DNA of 64,000 nucleotides from Leptogorgia sarmentosa (Eukaryota): NCBI GenBank assembly GCA_964658305.1, contig OZ210884.1, positions 6,882,001 to 6,946,000 of the forward strand, read 5' to 3'. Shown piece by piece: positions 39,681 to 51,320 of this stretch (position 1 is its first letter; each line of letters starts with the position of its first letter). The notes under the pieces were generated by a model. It saw only the letters and a program-made list of their open reading frames with translations, ran no database searches and was not told where the DNA came from. The position numbers and the translations under genes were made by a program.

Positions 39681-42581
39681 CTTTTAAAAGAAGCTTTTAA
39701 AAGTAGTGAAATTTGAAAAATTAGCTGGGAAAATGTTGTAAGGTGTGGTAGATATAGCCTTAAAAAGTTTGCAAATTTTCTCATTACGTACAGAAATTGT
39801 CACCACAAAATGATAACAGTTACCCGCACGTCAAATTGAAAAGCAATACTTTTCGTATTTACAACATTTTGCCACCAAATTTCGAAATTTTACCACTTTT
39901 AAAAGGTCCTTTCCGGGAATTTGGTTTTCATTGACGGGATCGAAAATTATATGCAAATTGTCCTTTGTTTTTGGAAGGATGAATCACTAGTATTAGTAGG
40001 GATATGTGCAGACATACATGTACTGAAATTCCAAGACAAGACAAGACAACAAAGACATAGATTATGATTACTTGACGGCAATATTTTTCTTTCACTTTCT
40101 ATTTCCTCATTATCAAGGAATTTCCTCATTCCAAAAATATCATTATCAAGAGAGGGCGAGGCAATGAAGAAAGAGATTATAATATTTGACAGCGATATGT
40201 TTTACTTTCACTTTCTATTTCCTCTTCTTTCCAATCTCTCTCAGTCTATGCCACACAGCCCCTCCCTAAAATGTTAAGTTGTTGAATACAATTATATGGG
40301 TATATAAAATGCATTTGTTGCTTCGGTGATATTCCAGCAGACAAAAAAGAAATTCTCCGAAGAACATAACAAAATTAGTAGCTATTGTTACAAAGTTTGG
40401 TTGCAAAATTTTGTACAAATACGGAAAATATACCCCTGCATTTCAAAATTCTGTACTGTACATTTGTATAACGAGCGGAAATTAAGTAGTAAGTATCACT
40501 GTCAAGAGAAACACGTTAATTCCGCTTTAATGGAAGTTCTGGTCCACATGATATGTTATTAACTGTATTTAGACATAGCTTTTCGATTGTATACATTGTA
40601 CTTATTTACCTTGCAGATTTCTCGAAATGCGTGTTCGGACAGACTCTGCTCACACAAGTCGATTTTCCTATTTTCCTCAATAACCTATTACAAATAATAG
40701 CATGAATAAAAGTCAGCAATCTGGTTTACTAATTTACCGCAAAGACCTCTTGCTAGAAATTTGTGAATAAAAATAATTTTGGTTATATATTATTAAAATA
40801 ATTTGTGTTATTGACCTTGGTATACAGTTCGAGATCTTGAACAACTAGTATCGTGCCAAGCGTGATGACACAATACATACCAAACACACCCATTCTTGGC
40901 ACGTACAAACATATCACATGTCAAGGACGTGTTAGCCGTTTTCTGTGAAAAATCAGTAACAAGGAAGTAGCTTGTTCAGTTTACATTCAATTTACTACCA
41001 GGCTGCAATCAAACCTATACAAGACGCTGTTTAATGGTATTATAATCCGAGGTGAGTTATCACTCTGTATTTGCTAAGTATAACATAAATAGTTGCGAAT
41101 ATATATAGCTAGTTACCTATATATCTATAGGTTCGTAAACTCCAAGCAAGCGAGACTCATACAGATTACGAGGATATATGTCCCGCCTTATGGCGCGTGA
41201 ACACCGTACGCGTTTTCCACGAAATGCATCTTGATGATCCCTTCAAATTCAGTGAAACGCTATAGTTCCGACCATTTAATCAGTCTTTTATTGTTTCTGC
41301 TTTCTTCCCGCGTTGTTACAAAACAGCTATAGATTGCGTTGAAAATATAATGTTGACTTCGCATTTTAATTGTTTCTGATGCGCGACTTCACCTGTGTCG
41401 CGTCATAAACATGAATGAGCGAAGGATAAACCACTAGTATATCAATTAACCACACAAGCAATGTTCACTTGAAAATTATAATAATATATACGTTTCAAAA
41501 AGTAAACTCAATACTAATGCTAGCGATCATTGGTATATCCATCGGTAAAAAGTCCAAATGTCTCTCGTATAATTATTCCAATAATGCAATATTCCGTATC
41601 GTGCAGAAAAATTATTATAGTATGCAAAAAAAAAAAGAAATTCCCCGAAAAACATAATGAACTGATTAGTATTCATTTGACTCCATTGTTACGAAGTTTG
41701 GTTGCAAAATTTTCAATTTTGTATAAATACAGAAAATATACCCCTGCATGCGGAATTTGTATACTGTACATTTGTATATAACAAGCGGAAATTCGGTAGT
41801 AAGTATTTGTATTGTTAATCTGGTCAAAAAACCGTATAAATATCACTATCAAGAGAAGTACGTTAATTCCGTAATCGAAGCTCTGGTCTACGTTATTAAG
41901 TGTATTTAGACATATAGCTTTTCTATTGTATTCATTTTTTTTACCTATAATAGGTACAGGTAGATCGATTGTCGAAATGCGTGTTCGGACAGGCTCTGCA
42001 TGCTCAGACAATCGATTTTACACAATTAATTACATTTCTAAAATCAACTAGTTAAAAATTAGTAGGTCAGTATAGAGTCTTTTGAATTCCAGTCAAAATA
42101 TAGTCAACTTATGGGGTCAGTTGTTCGTAGTAACCCGTTTAAACTTAAACGGCGGGTAAGTCGAATTTAAATTACACTCCCATTCGTCTTGTGAAAAACG
42201 AATTATAAATTTTAAACACTAAATTTGTAGTTGCATACATAAGTGTTCCTCTCAGACTGAAAAAATTATTTTGATCTTCAATGAACACATAGAAGAACAC
42301 AAATTCAAATATTGACTACTACATCCTCCCCTTCTTTGGATCATTGCTATGCCCCTCGAATTTCGCTTCTACTCTAGTCTTCCACTCTCCATCAACTCTT
42401 GAGCAGCCGTATAAACTGGACACATACAGGGTGTACAAAAAAAAAGCAACTATATATAGTATTGCTATCAAAAATAGTCTATTGTCATAATTTTAATGGC
42501 CTAACGCTAAGCTGAACGTGCGCATTATTTTAATTCGAGAATAAGACAATAAATGCACTTGTCGATATTTTGCACTCTTAA

Positions 42582-43964
42582 AGTGTTACTGCAACGAATT
42601 TTTCGACCTCGTTTTTTTTGCCTTAAATAAATATTCAGGTCGAAAGATGAAATTTGGTGTATAGATGACTTTTGTACGTTGAGTGGAAGTAACTAAATTT
42701 CGCCTCCAAACTTCGATACCGGATGCGACAAAAACAGCCGCCATTTTGTCACCTTGTGACGTCACAAGTGTAACACGTTTAGCGAAGCTACTAGTAAATT
42801 GTATTGCGTTAGAGCTATACTCTGTGTTTCTCGCGCTTTTTTGGCCGGAAAAAAATATCTTTTGAAACAAAACTTGACCATAGGCATTTTAAGACAATAT
42901 ATTTTGCTCATGTCGAGTAACGAGTCTGGCGGAGACCCGCAATCGTGTGAAAGTTCAAGTGAAACTGCATGACCCGGTGTCGGATGGCTGGTTAGTTCAT
43001 GTCACATCGCACTGCTTTGCGTACGACGACGAACCTATAGCAGAACCTGGGGAAACGAATTGTGTTCCAGAAGATCCAGATGGATTGTTGCCAGCAACTA
43101 TTGAACAAAGAGGCGACGGTAGAATAACTCTGGGACAGTGATAAGTGAAGGTTCAAGACTGTTTAGACTTTAGCCTAATTAAAATAGCCGACGTAGGCTA
43201 AATTTGAATGTATATTTTATTGCTTTTATTTAATATTCATCTGTAATGATATATTGTTAATTTTGGTATCAATATATTGATATCAGTATAATTATTGATT
43301 CCACATTGCCGTCTCAATATCTCAGAACAAGTGTGTATGTAAAAGAGCCCAATTTTATAGGCCCTTTCTTTTGGGCTTCCTTGCCTTCTATTTATTAAAT
43401 TTGTAAATACTTAAGCTGTGGCAGAATAAATTGATTTGATTTGATAAGGAAACTAGTCACAATTCATAGCAAGTTAATATTTAGCGATTTTGCTAACTCT
43501 AGATTCATATCATAGCACGAATCTTCGAAGTGAAGGCACGAGGTCGCCGTAGCGTCAAAACCCGGGTTATGTTTACAGACAAATTTCACGCACTTATTCC
43601 GTCTCTGAGCATCTGTTTCTTCATTAGGGAATAGATGCATAGATACTCCTTCAGTTTTGCTATCATTGACGCAGCTAACTAAGTTAAGACCGCCAGCAAC
43701 GCAGAGTTTTCCTCCGCGAGTAGCTTTACGTCTATTAGAAATATACGCCATGTTGACAATATGTTACACTTGTGACGTCACACGGCATTAATATGGTGGT
43801 CGAAAATGTCGCACGGAAGTAGCCAAAAATCGCAACTTTGAAAGGCCATAAAATCCGTTTGAAAAGAGCAATTTTAATTCTGTTTGCGGTAAACATATTC
43901 GGAGAATAAGTACTTTAAAATAAGCCAATAAAAAAGGGGTCGAAAAATTCGTTGCAGTAACACT
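42582..43964. mobile_element. Internally deleted Kolobok-type DNA transposon
   Basis: 27 bp perfect TIRs (AGTGTTACTGCAACGAATTTTTCGACC), AG..CT termini and TTAA duplication (42578-42581, 43965-43968); carries a THAP relic. Confidence 0.8.
43464..43751 (-). pseudogene. Truncated THAP zinc-finger N-terminus of a transposase
   Basis: CVAGG..SC..N....GVSMHLFP...RR..(W to C)..FV...CLHFEDSCY. The conserved Trp is lost and the ORF stops after 95 aa inside the TIR element. Confidence 0.75.
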
Positions 43965-44918
43965 TTAACATTGAGCTATTGAAATTATGAGAGTAGCTAT
44001 AGATCATTCTCAATACTCAGTTGGGTTTTTTTTTGGCCACACTCTTTATCTACCTGGAATGAGGCGGGTGAGCCGTGAGGAACGCTTTGAGGCGCTTTGA
44101 GCAGGCGTTTGTTTAAAAACTGAATTGGGGACTGGTAATTATTTATGTTGGGCCGACAATTATTGAAAAATCTAGGAGCCTCAAAAGGCTGTTCATATTG
44201 AAACAGGCAGATGATCCAACAGACCATAAATAACACTGACTGATATTTCTATACAACATTTTTTGAAAATTACAATTGGTATTTTAGTATTTTCACGTGC
44301 AATGATTTTTATTTCATCCTTTGAGAATGTCAATTTTCAACCCACACTTTTTCAAACTTATAATTTTATTTTCTCCTCGGTACCTACACCCTATCCATAA
44401 AAATAATGACTGACCCCTTAAATTCGGTTTACTGGTAAACAAAATATCTTGATAACCGTAATAACCGTTTGCACTTGCGACATTGCTACGATTTGTAAAC
44501 AAGTAAATCGGCACAATTTCCATTTTAATAACACGAAACTTAATCTCTAATCCTGACCCTATAAAACTAAGCTGACTGATCCTAATGATTATCCTTTCAG
44601 GACAAGTTATATCGAAAGTAACCCTGGCCGGTAAATCATGCAGTTACGAATGTCGAACATGCATGCACTCAGACCGTTCTCAATAATCCACCTGTTCAGG
44701 GGGGAGAACACATAATTGTATACAAGAATTTCATTTTCCAACTGTCATGGTGTCGCGATAATTGCCCGAAAAGCCCTTGGTAGAGGATGGTTCACATTCT
44801 GTGCTCTCGTATTCTCGATTTTACTGAATTTTAATACCCCTTCCGAGAAACATTCCAATAGCTACAGAACGTTATTTTAGTATTAACAGCAAATCTCATT
44901 CATGACTTACTACTTTAG

Positions 44919-46010
44919 ATGAGAATCACACAAAGAATTTATTACTTGGTGTGGTGGCTAAATCTTTGTTCGATCCATTTCTCAATTATTCGAGCTCAAT
45001 GCACTGGAAACGGTTTGTTGAATGAATGTGCTTGCAATTTCATTAATGCTTGCAAATATGACGAAACTACAAACAAATTCAGCGCATTTCCTGGCACAGC
45101 AAAGGATCTGGACAAGTTCATCCCCAACGTTAAAATTTTTTCTATGTCAACATCACAGGTTGCTGAAATTTGTGAGCCAGGCAACATTGGTATTATATAC
45201 GACTGTAAAAATCTCATTCCCTTGGCTGCTACGGCTGTTTTAACTGCAGATCAGTATGGTGCTGAATATAAAAGACCGAGTATGAGCTTCAAAACAAGCT
45301 CACAAATTAGAGATGATTTACAACAAAATGATGTGGATTATACAGACGTTTTGAAGCGTATACCATGCTATGAAACAACAACCAAGCAATATTTCACTGA
45401 ACAGAAATGGTATGAAGCATTGACCAAGGGTACAGTCGTTTCAAACACTAACCCATGTCCACATGATATGAAAAAATCTGCCATTCACAGAGGTCACTTA
45501 ATTGCCGCAAGCTACGGTCGTGGAACACCGGAAAATATGAGAATTAAAGAAACCTTCGTGTATACCAATGCAGTTCCACAATTTGGAAGGCCAAATTCAG
45601 GAAGTTGGAGAATTTTCGAAGACAGTCTTCGTATTTGGGCCGAGAACAACTGTATGGGAGCACCTTTGCATATCATTGTTGGGACCATCCCATCAACATA
45701 TGGGGCAAACGACCGGAGGTTTTTCGGAGAGGCAGGGTTCAGTGATTTTGTGGGACTATCAAAGATCTTTACTGGAAAAAGCCCTTACAGGGTTAATGTA
45801 CCAGCGTATATGTGGACAGCAGCATGTTGTCATTCTGACTCACGAAAGTTCACCAAAAGCACAGCGTTTTTTGCTCCTAACAGGCCTGGCTCCGGGTTGG
45901 TCATGGGTGTTGAACTGAGCAGCTTATTTTGGGCGCTTAGGGTAGGTACCATAGATCTTTTTCCGCAAATGCAAAGTTGCAATGAAGACAAGAATTACAT
46001 CAAAATTTAG
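44919..46010 (+). CDS. Secreted DNA/RNA non-specific endonuclease (beta-beta-alpha-metal, ENDOD1/NucA-like); single exon, 363 aa
   Basis: N-terminal signal peptide; HRGHL (DRGH-type active site), TFVYTNAVPQ, NSGSWRIFE, VNVPAYMWTAACC. Confidence 0.9.
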   Translation: MRITQRIYYLVWWLNLCSIHFSIIRAQCTGNGLLNECACNFINACKYDETTNKFSAFPGTAKDLDKFIPNVKIFSMSTSQVAEICEPGNIGIIYDCKNLIPLAATAVLTADQYGAEYKRPSMSFKTSSQIRDDLQQNDVDYTDVLKRIPCYETTTKQYFTEQKWYEALTKGTVVSNTNPCPHDMKKSAIHRGHLIAASYGRGTPENMRIKETFVYTNAVPQFGRPNSGSWRIFEDSLRIWAENNCMGAPLHIIVGTIPSTYGANDRRFFGEAGFSDFVGLSKIFTGKSPYRVNVPAYMWTAACCHSDSRKFTKSTAFFAPNRPGSGLVMGVELSSLFWALRVGTIDLFPQMQSCNEDKNYIKI

Positions 46011-46595
46011 GGAAAATAGTTACTGAAGAGAAAATCAGATTTTTTTGGCTACGCTTATATAGTAGAGTTTAAAATATGCACATTTATTTATAAGTGTAAA
46101 AAAATGCTAGTTTCCAATCCCTCAGCAGAATGTATATATGTTTGTTACTATCATTCGTAGCTATAGCTTTGTGTGTCAGCTGATATAAAATTCGGCGAAA
46201 AGGAACTGAAAGCACTCTAATAAAAGTGGCAGTGTTCCCTGCATTCGTTAAAATTTAGAAAATGCATCAACTGGATCAAATCATTGAGAAGATGGTGCTT
46301 TTCAACAATCAAAATATCAGATATACACTGTGACGTTACTTTTGCAACACAGGCACCGCGGGGCCTGTAGACTAGGGTGGGCTTTAGCCGCTCTAACGTT
46401 TTTGCTGGCATAGGTCATAATATGCTACTAAAAATATAGGAAACTGTAAAAACAATGATGTTGTGGTTATTGTCCGCAATGTTGTGGTTGTTGTCCGCAT
46501 GCACAACAACCACAAGAACATCTGTGTTATTAGAAAAAGAGAGATATCGAAGGAACTAAATTCGGTTCGGAAATATCATTCACTCGAACCGACTT

Positions 46596-46667
46596 GACCT
46601 CGTAGCTCAGTTGGTAGAGAATTGGACTAGCAAATCAAACTTAAGGTCGCGGGTTCGAATCCCACAC
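46596..46667 (+). mobile_element. tRNA-derived SINE head / tRNA pseudogene, copy 1
   Basis: A box TAGCTCAGTTGG and B box GGTTCGAATCC; anticodon arm disrupted and no 3' acceptor strand. Confidence 0.7.
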
Positions 46668-47332
46668 TCAGAGTAACATCATTCAGTACCGGATTAACCC
46701 ATATCCCATGGGGGCAAAATATACTATAGGGCTCTAATTCGATGAATATGAAACATGCTCAAATCCAAATTAAAATTTTGTCCATTAGGCTTATATCATT
46801 AAAAACTATGAACACAGTTGAACACAGGTAATGATAAACAGGAATTTTTTTATGATTTCAGCGAAGCAAAGTTGCATTTTGTGTTCAATACTAAGTAGGT
46901 TGAGGTTTGAAATCTTATCGTTTTCCACACATACACGTAGATACTTTTTTACTTGTTTAGGACGCAAGAACTTTTTACTTAACTTTGACTGGCCCTGTAT
47001 TTCTCGGGCCGGTAAGCAAGCGTTTGAGCTGGGGCCGGGGGCAAATGCCACCATTGCCCCCTAGATAATCCGGTGCACTGACATCATTGTAGAAACAATT
47101 TTAGCACCCCCACTTTTAAATAGCTTCCGCAGCGCCTGCAACAACTTTTCAACTGCTCGATTGTCTCTGTATATATTGTATACAAACAAGATGCTCTATG
47201 AGCATTTACTCGGTGGGCTATTAGCTAACGTTGAGGCTTATTGTGCGATGAATATTATTTGATATGTATAAAGCGTGTTGAAGAGCAGTTATGCAGAGTC
47301 GGTTTATTAGATATTTAGATAGGGTAAGTATA

Positions 47333-47454
47333 GTTTTGCCTCAAAAAGGTGCCACTACAGCCTGTTTCATCCAAGAGGAATCATCAGGTGGCTCTGATGA
47401 TTCTTCTTGGATGAATTCGAAACAGGTTGTAGTGGCACCCTTTTTAGGGAAAGC
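47333..47454. repeat. Palindrome with about 55 bp arms and two divergent CTGATGA...GAAAC motifs (duplicated at 50558-50679)
   Basis: AAAAAGGTGCCACTACAGCCTGTTTCATCCAAGAGGAATCATCAG / CTGATGATTCTTCTTGGATGAATTCGAAACAGGTTGTAGTGGCACCCTTTTT with a 6 nt spacer. Confidence 0.8.
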
Positions 47455-47717
47455 TCAACCTATATATATGACCTCAAATGGTGCATTTTCATTTACATAA
47501 TTTGCATAAAAGCACTGCAACAGACCTGCATTTTCGTCAAATGACGCAATTTGAAGATTTGTTAGCGTACCAAAAACACGCGAGACCTAAAACTATTTAA
47601 CAATTAGACAACGAGGCCGAGTTGTCCGGCTACGAGCGAATAGTATACATATATATATAATTTTAGTATACACTCTATGCCCAGAATTGTTTCTATCAAG
47701 AAAATTCTTCAGAAACC

Positions 47718-48752
47718 TCAGCAAAACGCGACTTTTCTGCAGTAGCCATATTGTTTTCCTTTGCTTTTTCGCGAACCGTGGTCTATCACAGAATAGACAA
47801 CGGCTGAGTAGCCAATCAGAATGTAGCATTTGTAATAGACGGTGGTTTGGTGCATACTAAACTCGGATGGTTCCGCCCAACGTATAGCAATACTTGGAAG
47901 GCCAGTGGACGCGTGGAAAAAGTTACTATTTTTACCAATGACTATGGTTCTTATTTGATTGAACAGATCATCAGGTAAACGGATTTTTCTGTCATTGTAT
48001 TCATTTTCTGAATTGTCGACGGAGTTCGAATTGTCTGCCAGCTTTGTGTTCTTCACTCGATATCCTTCTTCATCACACTTTGCGGCCTCTCTGTCAGGAT
48101 TTTTTTTCAATTCTAGAAAATGTTTTGACTCAAGACAATCCACTATTAACTCCATCAGAAAATACTTTTTACAAAAAGTTGACGTTTTCACTGTTGATTT
48201 TCCATCGTATATTAACTTTTCGTCCATATTATCTGGAGACTCCCATTCGTCCAGATCTATATGTCCAAATTTATCAAATATAACTTGAAGAGCATTCACC
48301 AAAGCTGAGTCATTTGTATTTCGACCATCCGTAGTGAACGGATATACTGGGTTCAAACGGAGATAAAGCACACACTTTGACTCCACCGTTTCGCCATATT
48401 CTTTGCTTTCCTCTTCTCGAACCCCAGCATCGTAATTCACTAAATCAGGCAACGGATTAGGAAACCATCTCTCTGTTCCGATTCGAAGACTATTCAGCCA
48501 GAGTTTTCGAAAAACACCAAATTTGGTATCTGCCTTAGGTAGACATATTCCTGGGTAATTAGGTACAAACTTTTGCCACACCGAATTTGAACGAGACACA
48601 CGATTCCAATGCTTACATACCAAGTTCAATTTTACAACGTCAGAGAGTGGAAGCTCCAAAAAAACTTTCTCTAATATTTCATTTGGAAGTGCTGATAAAA
48701 AATCCACTTTTTCTTCTGTTCTTGACAAGGGATGCACATTTAAGTTGTCCAT
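47718..48752 (-). CDS. F-box protein, rearranged copy with a replaced C-terminus
   Basis: F-box LSALPNEILEKVFLELPLSDVVKLNLVCKHW. Identical to the downstream copy up to ..GKNSNF, then 66 different residues. Likely ATG at 48752 after a TTTTTAG acceptor; the ORF is open from 48902. Confidence 0.7.
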   Translation of the reverse strand: MDNLNVHPLSRTEEKVDFLSALPNEILEKVFLELPLSDVVKLNLVCKHWNRVSRSNSVWQKFVPNYPGICLPKADTKFGVFRKLWLNSLRIGTERWFPNPLPDLVNYDAGVREEESKEYGETVESKCVLYLRLNPVYPFTTDGRNTNDSALVNALQVIFDKFGHIDLDEWESPDNMDEKLIYDGKSTVKTSTFCKKYFLMELIVDCLESKHFLELKKNPDREAAKCDEEGYRVKNTKLADNSNSVDNSENEYNDRKIRLPDDLFNQIRTIVIGKNSNFFHASTGLPSIAIRWAEPSEFSMHQTTVYYKCYILIGYSAVVYSVIDHGSRKSKGKQYGYCRKVAFC

Positions 48753-49820
48753 AACATGAGCTAAAAATCCAAAGTTTGAAAAAACAATTAAATTATCTTG
48801 GCAATACACACACACCCCTTTTACATCAAAATGTGTCATAGGGACTTCGAGTGATTCGGTTTTTGCGAATTTTCTCCAGATGAAACGCAAGACTACAACC
48901 AAAGCAACTTGCCACGTTTATAAATAATTAGTCTATCAGCCTGTCTTTGACACGATTTTCGACCAAATTTCTCCTATACTGCTCACAGAAATTTCCTCTT
49001 ATGTATTTATGTCGTCACTTCGGTACCCAAGCTGAGTCGCGCGTTCACGATAAGTTTAGACTTTAGTTAGTGAAGCTATAATTCGCATGTTTGTAATATT
49101 TGTTATTTATTCTTGCAATTTTCAATCAGTTCAAATGTAAATTTACAACTTTTAGTGGGCTACGATGATCGTACCATAGATCTTTTTCCGCAAATGCAAA
49201 GTTGCAATGAAGACAAGAATTACATCAAAATTTAGGGAAAATAGTTACTGAAGAGAAAATCAGATTTTTTTGGCTACGCTTATATAGTAGAGTTTAAAAT
49301 ATGCACATTTATTTATAAGTGTAAAAAAATGCTAGTTTCCAATCCCTCAGCAGAATGTATATATGTTTGTTACTATCATTCGTAGCTATAGCTTTGTGTG
49401 TCAGCTGATATAAAATTCGGCGAAAAGGAACTGAAAGCACTCTAATAAAAGTGGCAGTGTTCCCTGCATTCGTTAAAATTTAGAAAATGCATCAACTGGA
49501 TCAAATCATTGAGAAGATGGTGCTTTTCAACAATCAAAATATCAGATATACACTGTGACGTTACTTTTGCAACACAGGCACCGCGGGGCCTGTAGACTAG
49601 GGTGGGCTTTAGCCGCTCTAACGTTTTTGCTGGCATAGGTCATAATATGCTACTAAAAATATAGGAAACTGTAAAAACAATGATGTTGTGGTTATTGTCC
49701 GCAATGTTGTGGTTGTTGTCCGCATGCACAACAACCACAAGAACATCTGTGTTATTAGAAAAAGAGAGATATCGAAGGAACTAAATTCGGTTCGGAAATA
49801 TCATTCACTCGAACCGACTT

Positions 49821-49892
49821 GACCTCGTAGCTCAGTTGGTAGAGAATTGGACTAGCAAATCAAACTTAAGGTCGCGGGTTCGAATCCCACAC
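49821..49892 (+). mobile_element. tRNA-derived SINE head / tRNA pseudogene, copy 2
   Basis: Duplicate of 46596-46667. Confidence 0.7.
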
Positions 49893-51320
49893 TCAGAGTA
49901 ACATCATTCAGTACCGGATTAACCCATATCCCATGGGGGCAAAATATACTATAGGGCTCTAATTCGATGAATATGAAACATGCTCAAATCCAAATTAAAA
50001 TTTTGTCCATTAGGCTTATATCATTAAAAACTATGAACACAGTTGAACACAGGTAATGATAAACAGGAATTTTTTTATGATTTCAGCGAAGCAAAGTTGC
50101 ATTTTGTGTTCAATACTAAGTAGGTTGAGGTTTGAAATCTTATCGTTTTCCACACATACACGTAGATACTTTTTTACTTGTTTAGGACGCAAGAACTTTT
50201 TACTTAACTTTGACTGGCCCTGTATTTCTCGGGCCGGTAAGCAAGCGTTTGAGCTGGGGCCGGGGGCAAATGCCACCATTGCCCCCTAGATAATCCGGTG
50301 CACTGACATCATTGTAGAAACAATTTTAGCACCCCCACTTTTAAATAGCTTCCGCAGCGCCTGCAACAACTTTTCAACTGCTCGATTGTCTCTGTATATA
50401 TTGTATACAAACAAGATGCTCTATGAGCATTTACTCGGTGGGCTATTAGCTAACGTTGAGGCTTATTGTGCGATGAATATTATTTGATATGTATAAAGCG
50501 TGTTGAAGAGCAGTTATGCAGAGTCGGTTTATTAGATATTTAGATAGGGTAAGTATAGTTTTGCCTCAAAAAGGTGCCACTACAGCCTGTTTCATCCAAG
50601 AGGAATCATCAGGTGGCTCTGATGATTCTTCTTGGATGAATTCGAAACAGGTTGTAGTGGCACCCTTTTTAGGGAAAGCTCAACCTATATATATGACCTC
50701 AAATGGTGCATTTTCATTTACATAATTTGCATAAAAGCACTGCAACAGACCTGCATTTTCGTCAAATGACGCAATTTGAAGATTTGTTAGCGTACCAAAA
50801 ACACGCGAGACCTAAAACTATTTAACAATTAGACAACGAGGCCGAGTTGTCCGGCTACGAGCGAATAGTATACATATATATATAATTTTAGTATACACTC
50901 TATGCCCAGAATTGTTTCTATCAAGAAAATTCTTCAGAAACCTCAGCAAAACGCGACTTTTCTGCAGTAGCCATATTGTTTTCCTTTGCTTTTTCGCGAA
51001 CCGTGGTCTATCACAGAATAGACAACGGCTGAGTAGCCAATCAGAATGTAGCATTTGTAATAGACGGTGGTTTGGTGCATACTAAACTCGGATGGTTCCG
51101 CCCAACGTATAGCAATACTTGGAAGGCCAGTGGACGCGTGGAAATGACGTACTTATTTTAGCTATAGCGAATGTCGTGTGCATGCATGAGGGCGGAAATG
51201 ACGTACTTGACTTCTGTAGGTATTTTGTGATAGTGCTTTCCCGAAATCGAAATTTGCCAGTTATACAATATATACAGCGACAATGAAACAGTTGGAAATT
51301 TGTTAACAAAAGTAGTGAAG

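Noticed and set aside
46596..46667. Functional tRNA gene
   Set aside because: A and B boxes are present, but the anticodon arm is disrupted and the acceptor stem cannot form; better read as a SINE head.
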